Positions 1 through 9,907 of a stretch of DNA of 64,000 bases are shown here, piece after piece. Each line of letters opens with the position of its first letter. The stretch's first letter is position 1. This stretch comes from an uncultured Gemmatimonadales bacterium (GTDB lineage: Bacteria; Gemmatimonadota; Gemmatimonadetes; Gemmatimonadales; GWC2-71-9), in the NCBI GenBank assembly GCA_963730185.1, contig CAVSQW010000001.1, positions 64,001-128,000 of the forward strand, in the 5' to 3' direction. Position numbers and translations under genes: made by a program. The notes under the pieces are model-generated. The model saw only the letters and a program-made list of their open reading frames with translations, was not told where the DNA came from and made no database searches.

Positions 1-1
1 G

Positions 2-1363
2 CAGATCCTCCTTGCCGGGGCCCGCCACCCTCACCACCTGGCGGCGATTCCCCAGGCAGCGGCGGGCGGGCTGGGCTCGGGCGGCGGCTATTGGTCCGGA
101 TTCGGTGCCTACGAAGACGGCGTGTTCACCCTCAGCTCGGCCTTCGGCTGGTTCCTGGGGGCCGGAGCCAAGGACCGTAACCCGTCGCCGCCCGATCGCT
201 TCGACTTCGCCACGGTGCTCCGGTCGCTCCCCCTGGTCGACCTGATCACCCGGGTTCACGGTCCCCGGACCGACTGGGAGGACTACCTCTCCAACCGACC
301 CGGCAGCGCCTACTGGACGACCCAGGGTTACGCCACCGACACCACCCGCTACGACGTGCCCGCGATCCACGTGAACTCGTGGCTCGACTACGGGGCCGAG
401 GAGACGCTCTACCTCTTCAACCTGTTCCGGCGGAACGCGGTGTCGCAGCGGGCCCGCGAGAATCAGTACGCGATCATCTCGCCGACCACCCACTGCGCCT
501 CGGAGCGCGCCACCGAGCACACGGTCGTCGGCGAGATGGACGTCGGTGACGCCCGGCTCGATTACCTCACGATCTACCTGGATTGGTTCGACCATTGGCT
601 CAAGGACCGGCCCAACCGGGTCCTCCAGATGCCGAAGGTCCGCTACTACGTGATCGGGAAGGGCGAGTGGCGGACCGCCCGCACCTGGCCCGTGCCCGAA
701 ATGCGGCCGGTGAGCTACTACCTGGCCAGCGCCAAGGGGGCCAACACCGGGGCGGGTGACGGGACCTTGCGCCTCACCGCACCGACCCGTTCGGGCCGGG
801 ACACGCTCACCTACGACCCGGCCGACCCGGTGCCCTCGATCGGGGGCACGATCTGCTGTACCGGCAACCCCGCTGATCAGCCCGGCATCTTCCAACAGAA
901 CGCCCTGGAGACCCGCCCCGACGTGCTGGTCTACGGCACGGCCGCCCTCGACCACGGTCTCACCATTGTTGGACCGGTCCGGGCCGTCCTCTACGTCTCG
1001 TCCGACCAGAAGGACACGGACGTGACCGCCAAACTGGTCGACGTCGACGAGGCCGGCCGGAGCTGGAACGTGGTGGACGGCGTGTTCCGGATGCGGAACC
1101 GCGAGGGCATCGGCCGGATGGCCCTGATCCAACCCGGGACCGTGTATCGGGTGGAGGTGAACCTCCGATCGATCGCCTGGTTCTTCAAGCCGGGGCACCG
1201 GATCCGACTCTATCTGTCGAGCAGCAACTTTCCTCAATACGAGCGAAACACCAACACCGGCGGTACCATCTACGACGAGGTCACCTTCGAGGTGGCCAGA
1301 AACGCGATCCACTTCGGTCCCGGCCAGGGCTCGGCCCTGATTCTCCCGGTGGTGCCGGAGTGA
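2..1363 (+). CDS. CocE/NonD family hydrolase (X-Pro dipeptidyl-peptidase-like), 5' end outside the window
   Basis: Frame is open from base 2 (QILLAGARHPHHLAAIPQA...) into ORF 122..1363. C-terminal PepX-C-type motifs YDPADPVPSIGG, RPDVLVY, DTDVTAKLVDV and GHRIRLYLSSSNFPQYERN. Confidence 0.88.
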   Translation, partial: QILLAGARHPHHLAAIPQAAAGGLGSGGGYWSGFGAYEDGVFTLSSAFGWFLGAGAKDRNPSPPDRFDFATVLRSLPLVDLITRVHGPRTDWEDYLSNRPGSAYWTTQGYATDTTRYDVPAIHVNSWLDYGAEETLYLFNLFRRNAVSQRARENQYAIISPTTHCASERATEHTVVGEMDVGDARLDYLTIYLDWFDHWLKDRPNRVLQMPKVRYYVIGKGEWRTARTWPVPEMRPVSYYLASAKGANTGAGDGTLRLTAPTRSGRDTLTYDPADPVPSIGGTICCTGNPADQPGIFQQNALETRPDVLVYGTAALDHGLTIVGPVRAVLYVSSDQKDTDVTAKLVDVDEAGRSWNVVDGVFRMRNREGIGRMALIQPGTVYRVEVNLRSIAWFFKPGHRIRLYLSSSNFPQYERNTNTGGTIYDEVTFEVARNAIHFGPGQGSALILPVVPE

Positions 1364-1426
1364 GCCGGTCGAAAGCGGCCCGGAAGTCGAGCGGGTTGAC
1401 CGGGTAGTGTCCCCGCGGGCGGGGCC

Positions 1427-1452
1427 GAAACCCCTCCCGTCGACCCCTCGTA
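1427..1452 (+). promoter_or_regulatory. Putative ECF-sigma promoter GAAAC-N17-CGTA upstream of the DinB-family gene
   Basis: GAAAC 1427-1431, 17-nt spacer, CGTA 1449-1452. Same architecture at 6497, 20777 and 60222. Confidence 0.6.
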
Positions 1453-1464
1453 GGGTCGCGACTC

Positions 1465-1488
1465 ATTGGATACACTAGTGGACGCAAT
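1465..1488. promoter_or_regulatory. Imperfect AT-rich palindrome, possible repressor operator
   Basis: ATTGGATACACTAGTGGACGCAAT, 18 of 24 positions symmetric, ending 3 nt before the ATG at 1492. Confidence 0.35.
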
Positions 1489-1491
1489 TTT

Positions 1492-1986
1492 ATGATCCAG
1501 GCCCTGGCACCCATGGCGGCCGTCTTCGCCCTCAACTCCCGGCTCCTCGAGAACTGCCTCGACGGCGTGACCGAGGCCGAGGCGCAGGGTCGGCCCAACG
1601 ATCGGAGCAACAGCGTCGCCTTCATCGCTGCCCACCTGGTCAACACCCGGGCCTGGATGATCCGCTATCTGGGTGGCGACGAGCCGGAGCCGTTCGGGGG
1701 CGCCCTGGCCTACGGCACGGCCATCGACTCGGCGGCCCGGGTCCCGTCGCTGGACGAGACCCTCGACGCCTGGGACGAGATCAGCGAGCGCCTGGAGACC
1801 CGGCTGGCGACCTGCACGGCGGCGCAGCTGGCGGCACCGTCACCCGAGCAGTTCCCGGGGGTGCCGCCGAGCGTGCTGGACGGGCTCGGGTTTCTGCTGC
1901 AGCACGAGTCGTATCACCTGGGCCAGCTGGGATTGTTGCGGAAGTTCCTCGGTCACCCCGCGATGTCGTACCGGATGCACGAATAG
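1492..1986 (+). CDS. DinB/YfiT family protein
   Basis: 164 aa; NSVAFIAAHL and C-terminal QHESYHLGQ give the His triad typical of the DinB superfamily. Confidence 0.85.
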   Translation: MIQALAPMAAVFALNSRLLENCLDGVTEAEAQGRPNDRSNSVAFIAAHLVNTRAWMIRYLGGDEPEPFGGALAYGTAIDSAARVPSLDETLDAWDEISERLETRLATCTAAQLAAPSPEQFPGVPPSVLDGLGFLLQHESYHLGQLGLLRKFLGHPAMSYRMHE

Positions 1987-2036
1987 CGTCGGTGCCGCGG
2001 GCATCCCTTTCACCTCGAACAAGGCAGAATCTTCTC

Positions 2037-3452
2037 ATGCGGCGACTTTTCGGAATCACGGCACTGCTCGCGGCGGCGGGATGCGCGGGTGGGGCTGGCG
2101 TCGGGGGCGGCGCAGCGGGTGGGGCGACGAACGGCGCGACCTACGGGATTACTCACGGCGACCCGGCCCTGATCGCGAAGATCGACTCGATCGTCGAAGC
2201 GCCGATCAAGGCGGGGAAGGTGGCCGGCGCCTCGATCGCGGTGGTCAGGGGCACGGACACGATCGCCGTGCAAGGCTTCGGCAAGGCGAGCATCCAGCTC
2301 GACGTACCGACCCCGCCCCATGCCATTTACGAGATCGGCTCGGTCACCAAGCAGTTCACGGCCGCGGCCATCATGCAGCTGGTCTCGGAGGGGAAGATCA
2401 ACCTCGCCGACGACTTCACCAAGTACCTCCCGAACTACAACACCGCGGGACACAAGGTTACGGTGGGGCAGCTTCTCAACCACACCTCGGGGATCAAGGG
2501 CTACACCGAGATTCCGGAGTTCAGGCTGATCGGCCTCCAGCACCTGCCCAAGGACACCCTGCTCCGGATCATCGAGAAGAAGCCGTTCGACTTCGAGCCT
2601 GGCGCCGAGGAGACGTACAACAACTCGGCCTTCTTCCTGGCCGGATTGATCATCGAGAAGGTCAGCGGGATGTCGTATGCGGACTACGTCCAGAAGAATC
2701 TGTTCGACAAGGCCGGGATGAAGGACGCCCACTATTGCAGTGAGCGGTCCATCCACGCCCGCGACGTCGAGGGCTACGACACCGACTCGACCGGGCTGAT
2801 CCAGAAGGGGTACCTCGACCAGACCTGGCCCTACGCGGCCGGCTCGCTCTGTTCCTCGGCCATCGACCTGGTGGCCTGGGACCAGGCGTTGCACGGCGGC
2901 AAGATCCTGGATCCGGCCGCCTACCAGGAGTACACCAAGCCCGGTGAGCTGAGCGACGGCACCAAGCTTCGCTACGCCAAGGGGCTCGCGATCAGCAAAG
3001 TGGTTGGCCACCGCGCGTTCCATCACGGCGGCGGGATCAACGGCTTCCTATCCGAGAACATCTACTTCCCCGACGACTCGCTCGCCGTGGTCGTGCTCTA
3101 CAACACGGCCGGCCCGGTCAACCCCGACGGTGCCGCCCGGGCGATCGCCGAAGCCATCCTGGGCAAGCCGGCCGACGAGAGCAAGCCCTTCGATGGAGAC
3201 CTGGCGCAGTTCGCCGGCACCTACACCGGCAACGGCCGGGGTCGGGCCACCGAGCTGACCATCGCGGTCGACGGTGGAAAGCTCACCGCCAAGATGCCGT
3301 TCGCCGATTCAGCCCAGGTGCTGACCTACCTGGGGAACGACACCTTCGCCGGTCAGGGTGACGCCCACCTCATCTTCCGGAAGCAGGGCGACAAAGTGAC
3401 GGGCCTCGACCTCGACATGGCGTACGGCTTCAATCGGCTGAAGAAGAAGTAG
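2037..3452 (+). CDS. Serine hydrolase, beta-lactamase/AmpC-PBP family, probable lipoprotein
   Basis: SxxK (GSVTKQF), LLNHTSG, YxN (YNN) and HGGG motifs. Signal peptide with AAAGC lipobox when started at ATG 2037. Confidence 0.88.
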   Translation: MRRLFGITALLAAAGCAGGAGVGGGAAGGATNGATYGITHGDPALIAKIDSIVEAPIKAGKVAGASIAVVRGTDTIAVQGFGKASIQLDVPTPPHAIYEIGSVTKQFTAAAIMQLVSEGKINLADDFTKYLPNYNTAGHKVTVGQLLNHTSGIKGYTEIPEFRLIGLQHLPKDTLLRIIEKKPFDFEPGAEETYNNSAFFLAGLIIEKVSGMSYADYVQKNLFDKAGMKDAHYCSERSIHARDVEGYDTDSTGLIQKGYLDQTWPYAAGSLCSSAIDLVAWDQALHGGKILDPAAYQEYTKPGELSDGTKLRYAKGLAISKVVGHRAFHHGGGINGFLSENIYFPDDSLAVVVLYNTAGPVNPDGAARAIAEAILGKPADESKPFDGDLAQFAGTYTGNGRGRATELTIAVDGGKLTAKMPFADSAQVLTYLGNDTFAGQGDAHLIFRKQGDKVTGLDLDMAYGFNRLKKK

Positions 3453-3564
3453 CGGAAGGGGGCTGGGCGGGAGGGGAGGCGGGAGAGACGGGGAGAGTGG
3501 CAACGCACTCCCCGTCGCTCGCCTCCCCGTCTCTCCCCACCCTCCCCGTCCCGCCCCGTCCCCG
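3453..3564. repeat. Long purine-rich / pyrimidine-rich imperfect inverted repeat between convergent genes, possible bidirectional terminator
   Basis: Left half is almost all G/A and right half almost all C/T. Core GACGGGGAGAGTG...CACTCCCCGTC pairs with a 2-nt bulge. Confidence 0.6.
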
Positions 3565-4326
3565 TCACTTCCCCAACACCTTCATCAGAATCACCAACGG
3601 CACCGCCCCGTTCCCGATCAAGTGGGCGATGATCCCGGGCCAGGTGTTCCGGGTCCGCTGGGCGACATACGCCAGCGGCACGGTGGCCGCGAGGTAGCCG
3701 ACCACGCTCCCGAGGTTCGAGTGGTAGAAGAAGTGAAACAGGTCCCAGAGCAGGCCGTTGACCAGCCAGGCCCACTTGCCCAGGGCGAGCTCCTGGCGGG
3801 GTAGGATGATGCCCCGCCACCAGAGCTCTTCGCCGCCGATGTTGAAGACGGCGAGCGCGAAGACCACCCAGAGGAATACGTCCCACCGGCCCCTGAGATC
3901 CATGCCGAGCCCGGATCGCATCGAGGCCATGAACTCACCGAATTCCTTGGGCGGCGTGTAGAACGTGACCCCGGAGACCGCCTCGGCCAGCGGGTTGAGC
4001 AGGTAGGGGAGGAGGAAGCCCGACGCCACCAGCGCGATGGTCCAGAGCCAGTCGCGACCGGTCGGACGGGTGAGCCGCATCCGGTCGCGAAAGGCGGCCC
4101 AGGTCCAGGGACGACCCTCCAGCCGGTAGGCCACGATCGCCGCGATCAGCATCAGGATCAGCGGCCCGCCGAAGGTCACGTTGAAGAGGACGTAGTCGCT
4201 GTACCCGTGCTGCTTCATCCACGGCAGGAGACCGAGAATGCTGGCCGAGAAGACGGCGCAGGGAATCCCGAAATAGAGGATCGAAGCCAACAATCCGATC
4301 GGGCGGAGACGGGGCTGATCCGACAT
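3565..4326 (-). CDS. CPBP (CAAX/Abi) family intramembrane metalloprotease
   Basis: Multiple TM helices; EELWWRG, FH and AHLIGN motifs; GGAGG Shine-Dalgarno-like sequence absent but ATG in clear context. Confidence 0.85.
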   Translation of the reverse strand: MSDQPRLRPIGLLASILYFGIPCAVFSASILGLLPWMKQHGYSDYVLFNVTFGGPLILMLIAAIVAYRLEGRPWTWAAFRDRMRLTRPTGRDWLWTIALVASGFLLPYLLNPLAEAVSGVTFYTPPKEFGEFMASMRSGLGMDLRGRWDVFLWVVFALAVFNIGGEELWWRGIILPRQELALGKWAWLVNGLLWDLFHFFYHSNLGSVVGYLAATVPLAYVAQRTRNTWPGIIAHLIGNGAVPLVILMKVLGK

Positions 4327-4377
4327 GGAGGGAGCTCGCGAATGGTGGGAGGGGAGGGTCCCGTTCGGGTCGACGAT

Positions 4378-4389
4378 TTTGTATACAAA
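4378..4389. promoter_or_regulatory. Perfect palindrome TTTGTATACAAA, GntR/FadR-type operator candidate
   Basis: 12-bp AT-rich palindrome in 70% GC DNA, about 50 bp upstream of the CPBP start. Confidence 0.5.
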
Positions 4390-4430
4390 CTGCCGCTTGG
4401 GTCACCCTTCCGCAAGCGGACTGCGGCCGG

Positions 4431-4640
4431 TCAGCTGAGCAGCTGTTCGGCGGCTCGCTTCCCCTCGCCGCTGGCATCGAGCCAGTTCTGGTGTCCGTTG
4501 AGCTCGGCGTTGGCGAACGTCACCCGCCCCAGCGGGCCGCGGAGCACGTCCGGGGCGGCCGGTTGGCCGTCGCGCCCGCAATAGAAGCCCGGGGCGGGGC
4601 ATACGTAGGCGTGCCCCCAACGGTTGAGCACGATGCCCCG
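4431..4640 (-). pseudogene. C-terminal fragment of an FAD-dependent oxidoreductase (spermidine dehydrogenase-like)
   Basis: GIVLNRWGHAYVCPAPGFY...GRVTFANAELNGHQNW...GKRAAEQL resembles the C-terminus of flavin amine oxidoreductases. The frame hits a stop about 10 codons upstream and no N-terminal part is present. Confidence 0.6.
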
Positions 4641-4678
4641 GTTACCTTTGGACCACCACGTCTCTCACCCGAGGTCGA

Positions 4679-5699
<1,021 letters not shown>

Positions 5700-5703
<4 letters not shown>

Positions 5704-6482
5704 GGCGGGTCTCCGCCGGCGCGGTGTTCGGCGCCTTGCTCCGACGCGATGCCCACGTCGCCGCCCGAGAGCTCCCGTTCTTTCTGCTCCGGACCACGCT
5801 CCAGCCGATCATGTTCGTGGTGGTGTTCGGCTACCTGCTGCCCAAGATGGGATTCGTGCAGCGGGGCTACGGTGCGGCGCTTCTCCCCGGCATTCTGGCC
5901 ATCAGCCTGGCCTTTTCGAGCGTCCAGGCCGTGGCCCTGCCGATGGTGTCGGACTTCGGGTGGACGTTCGAGATCGAAGACCGCCTCCTGGCGCCGGTCC
6001 CGATTCGGGTGGTGGCGCTGGCGAAGATCGTGTCGGGACTGATCCAGGGTGTGATCGCGGCCCTGTTCGTGCTGCCGATCGCCAGGCTGATCATGGGGCC
6101 GATCGCCGGACTCACCGTGTCCCACTTGGCCGAGGTGGTCGGCATAACTCTGCTGGGAGCCACCACGTTCTCCGCGTTTGGCCTCTTTCTCGGCACCGCA
6201 ATCAGCCCCCAGCAGATCGGCCTGATGTTCGGCTTCATCGTCGCCCCGATGATCTTCTTCGGATGCGCGTATTACCCCTGGGCCGGCCTGGCGGCAGTGC
6301 CGGCCATGCAATACGCCGTGCTGGTGAACCCGCTGGTCTACGTCGCCGAAGGACTGAGAGCCGCGCTCACCCCGACCCTCCCCCACATGTCGCTCGTCGC
6401 GGTGGTGGCCGCGCTGGTCGCGCTGACCGCGCTCTTTCTCGGACTGGGACTCCGATCGTTCACCCGGCGGGCCCTGTCCTGA
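5700..6482 (+). CDS. ABC-2 type transporter permease
   Basis: Six TM helices; IEDRLLAP and NPLVYVAEGLR motifs; ATGA overlap with the ATPase gene. Confidence 0.88.
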
Positions 6483-6496
6483 GGGGCCGAAAACCC

Positions 6497-6522
6497 GAAA
6501 CTTTACTCGTTCGCCGGGCGTC
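6497..6522 (+). promoter_or_regulatory. Putative ECF-sigma promoter GAAAC-N17-CGTC upstream of the MoxR operon
   Basis: GAAAC 6497-6501, CGTC 6519-6522. A TAGAAT hexamer also lies at 6527-6532. Confidence 0.5.
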
Positions 6523-6643
6523 GATATAGAATAGACGTAGTCGGCCGTCCTCCGTTCCCTCCGGCATCCGCCACCCTTCCCGGCGGTGCTCCGAGTCCCT
6601 CCGGGCCCGAGCGAGGGATGTGCCGTGAGAGCGTGCCGCGACC

Positions 6644-8924
6644 GTGGTCGAGACCCTCTTCGAATTCCTCTTCAAATACCCGCCTCGACTCTTCGAGCGG
6701 GGGACCCTGACGTGGCTGGGTCTGGGCACCCGGATGGTCGTGCCCCTGGTGCTGGTCGTCGGCGCGGTCGCGGTCGCGAGTTACTCTCGCGCCCCCGCCC
6801 GGGTGCGAGTCCGGGATCGCGTCATTCTAGCCGGTCTCCGCCTCGCCGCCTTTCTGCTGCTCGGCTTCTGCCTTCTCCGCCCGGCGCTCCTCCTGTCGTC
6901 CTCCGTTCCACGTCGGAACGCCTTGGCGGTCGTGTTGGACGACAGCCGCAGCATGCAGATCCAGGACGTCGACGGGCGGAGTCGGTTGGACGAGGTCAAG
7001 CGGATCTTCGACGATTCGTCCGGGACGCTGGTCAAGGCGCTGGCCGATCGTTATGCGGTCCGGCTTTATCGGTTTTCGGAGGCGCCTCGGCGCCTGGGCC
7101 ACACCGCGGAGCTGGCGGCCACGGGGGCTCGGACGGACGTGGCCAAGGCGCTCGACGAGGTGCGCCGCGACGCGGTCGGCCTGCCCCTCGCCGGCGTGGT
7201 GCTGGTGACCGACGGGGCGGACAACGGCGGCAACTCGATCGGCGACGCGATCCTGGCGCTGCAGTCGGAGCACATCCCGGTGTACACGGTGGGCCTCGGC
7301 CGGGAAAGGTTTGATCGCGACTTGGCCATCGATCGAGTGGAGCTCCCGCGCTCGACCCTCAAGGGGGCCGTCCTCCTGGGTGCCGTGGCGCTTCGAGCCC
7401 GCGGACTCGACGGCGAGACGGTGACGGTAACGGTCGAGGACCAGGGCCGGATCGTCGCGCAACGGGCCGTCACCATCCCGAAGGGCTCCGAGTTGGTCAA
7501 CGTGCCGGTGCGGATCCCGCCGCTCGAGGCCGGGCTCCGCGAGCTGACGGTGAGCGTGAAGCCGGTTCCGGGCGAGGCGGTGAGCCAGGACAACCAGGTG
7601 AACGCGGTGGTGCGGGTCCGCGATCGCCGGGAAAAGATTCTCTATGTCGAGGGGACGCTCCGACCGGAGTTCGCCTTCATTCGTCGCGCCGCCGCCGCCG
7701 ACAGCAACTTGCAGCTGGTGGGCCTCCAGCGAACGTCTCAAGGCAAGTTCCTCCGGTTGGGCGTGGACGACAGTCTGGAGCTGGTCGGCGGCTTCCCTCG
7801 CAGCCGGGGCGAGCTTTTCCAGTACCGCGCCCTGATCCTCGGAGCGGTCGAAGCTTCGTTCTTCAGCGCCGACCAGCTGCGGATGATCGCCGAGTTCGTG
7901 GGCGAGCGGGGTGGCGGCCTGCTGGCCTTGGGCGGCCGCGACGCCTTCGGCGAGGGCGACTTCACCGGCACGGCGGTCGCCGAGGCGCTCCCGGTGACGT
8001 TCGCGAACCGGCGGGCCGATTCGACCGAGCCGGCCCGCGAGCTCGAGCGTCTCCCTGGCGCCGGCGGGTGAGGCCAGCGCGGCCCTTCTCCTGACGGAGA
8101 CCGAAGAGGCCAACCGGGCCCGTTGGGACTCGCTCCCGCCGCTCACCTCGGTGAATCGCTGGCTGGGAGTGAAGCCGGCTGCGACCACCCTGCTGCTGGG
8201 CACCCCCACCGGGGGAGGCGAGCCGGAGCCGATCCTGGTGACCCAGCGCTACGGCCGGGGCAAGGCGATGGCCTTCCAGGCCCAGGACTCCTGGCTCTGG
8301 CAGATGGAGATGCCGTTGGCCGACCAGTCGTTCGAGACCTTCTGGCGGCAGCTCCTTCGCTGGCTCTTGGAGGACGTGCCCGACCGGCTCGAGGTCACCG
8401 CCACCCCCGATCACCCCGGCCCCGGGCAGCGGGTTACGCTCGGTGCCGAGCTGGGCGATTCGAGCTATTTTCGGGTCAACGACGCCGCCGTGGTGGCCCG
8501 GGTCACCTCACCGCTTGGCGTGGTGGATACCGTGCCGCTCGACTGGTCTCTCGGCCGGGACGGCGCCTATCAGGGCGACTTCGTGCCTCGCGACGAGGGC
8601 CTCTATCGGGTGGAGGTCGAAGCCCAACGGGGCCGCGACACTCTTCGGGCCGATCCCCAGTTCGTGATGGTCGCCGACCGGGGGCTGGATTTCCTCAACG
8701 CCGAGATGCGGGGCACCTTGCTCCGGCGGATCGCGCGGGAAACCGATGGCCGGTTCTACACCGCGGCCGACGTCGACCGCCTGCCCGACGACGCGGCCTA
8801 CACCGATAGCGGGATCACGGTGACCGAGGCCCGCGACCTCTGGGACATGCCGGTCGTGTTCTTCCTCCTGGTTGGACTCCTCGGTGCCGAGTGGGTCTAC
8901 CGCCGGAAGCGGGGGCTGGCGTGA
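6644..8924 (+). CDS. Membrane-anchored vWA domain plus class-I glutamine amidotransferase-like domain protein, with a frameshift near 8045
   Basis: N-terminal TM helices; MIDAS-like VVLDDSRSM and TDGADN; ILYVEG...GGGLLALGG; C-terminal TM ending AEWVYRRKRGL. ORFs 6644..8071 and 8151..8924 join if one base is removed at 8044-8048. Confidence 0.75.
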
Positions 8925-9907
8925 GCGCGGCGCTCCTGGCGGTGCTCGCGTTGCTGGCTCCGGGCCGGCAGGCTCCGGGACCGGGCACCCAGGTCCTGAT
9001 CGTCACCGGGCTGAGCGGTGAGCCGCGGTACGCGGCGGCCTTCGCGAAGGACGCCGCCGTGATCTTCGATGCGGCGCGAACCCGGTGGGGGGTAGCCGAC
9101 TCCGACTTGGTCTATCTCGCGGAGCGAGCCGACGCCGATCCGGCGCGGGTCCGAGGCAAGGCCACCCGAGCCGAGGTGCTCGCGGCGCTGGCGAGGCTCC
9201 GCGGTCGGGCCCGACCGGAGGGCGTGGTCCTGCTGGTAATCTTCGGCCACGGGAGCCAGCAGGGCGACGAGGCGCGAGTGAGCCTGCCCGGGCCCGATCT
9301 CACCGCCGCCGACCTGGCGGCGGCCTTGGCCCCGTTCCAGGATCAGACGGTCGTCGTCGTCAATACCACCAGCGCAAGCGGTGGATTCGTCGGCCCGCTC
9401 TCGGGGCCACACCGGGTCGTGCTCACCGCCACCAAGACGGGCTTCGAGCGGAATGCGACCCAGTTCGGCGGGTTCTTCGCCCAAGGCCTGGGCGGCGGCG
9501 CCGCCGATCTCGACAAGGACGGCCGGGTCTCGATCGCCGAGGCGTTCGAGTACGCGCGGGATCGGGTGGCCAAGTCGTTCGAGTCCGACAAGCGTTTGCT
9601 CACGGAGCACGCCCAGCTCGACGACAACGGCGACCACGCCGGCTCGGCCGCGTTGGGTGACAGCGCCAGGGACGGCGCGCTGGCGCGGGCCGTCACCTTC
9701 GCCGTGACCCGTCAGCCGGCGAACGCCGACCCCCGGGCGGCGGGACTCCTGGCCGAGCGCCGCCGATTGGAGACCGCGGTGGCCGAGCTGCGCCAGCGGA
9801 AGACGACCATGGACTCGACCGCATACGAGCGGGAGCTCGAACGGTTGCTGCTCTCACTGGCCGAGACCAATCAGGCGCTTCGGGCGCTGGAGAAGCAGGC
9901 CCCGTGA
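8921..9907 (+). CDS. Exported caspase/C13-fold protein, probably inactive, with a C-terminal coiled coil
   Basis: GTG start overlaps the upstream TGA; signal peptide; LVIFGHGS; VVVNTTSASGGF where a catalytic Cys is expected; ADLDKDGRVSIAEAF loop. Confidence 0.55.
   Translation: MSAALLAVLALLAPGRQAPGPGTQVLIVTGLSGEPRYAAAFAKDAAVIFDAARTRWGVADSDLVYLAERADADPARVRGKATRAEVLAALARLRGRARPEGVVLLVIFGHGSQQGDEARVSLPGPDLTAADLAAALAPFQDQTVVVVNTTSASGGFVGPLSGPHRVVLTATKTGFERNATQFGGFFAQGLGGGAADLDKDGRVSIAEAFEYARDRVAKSFESDKRLLTEHAQLDDNGDHAGSAALGDSARDGALARAVTFAVTRQPANADPRAAGLLAERRRLETAVAELRQRKTTMDSTAYERELERLLLSLAETNQALRALEKQAP

Noticed and set aside
2037..3452. Calling the serine hydrolase a true beta-lactamase resistance gene
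   Set aside because: The motifs are shared by the whole AmpC/PBP-like hydrolase family, so the substrate cannot be inferred.
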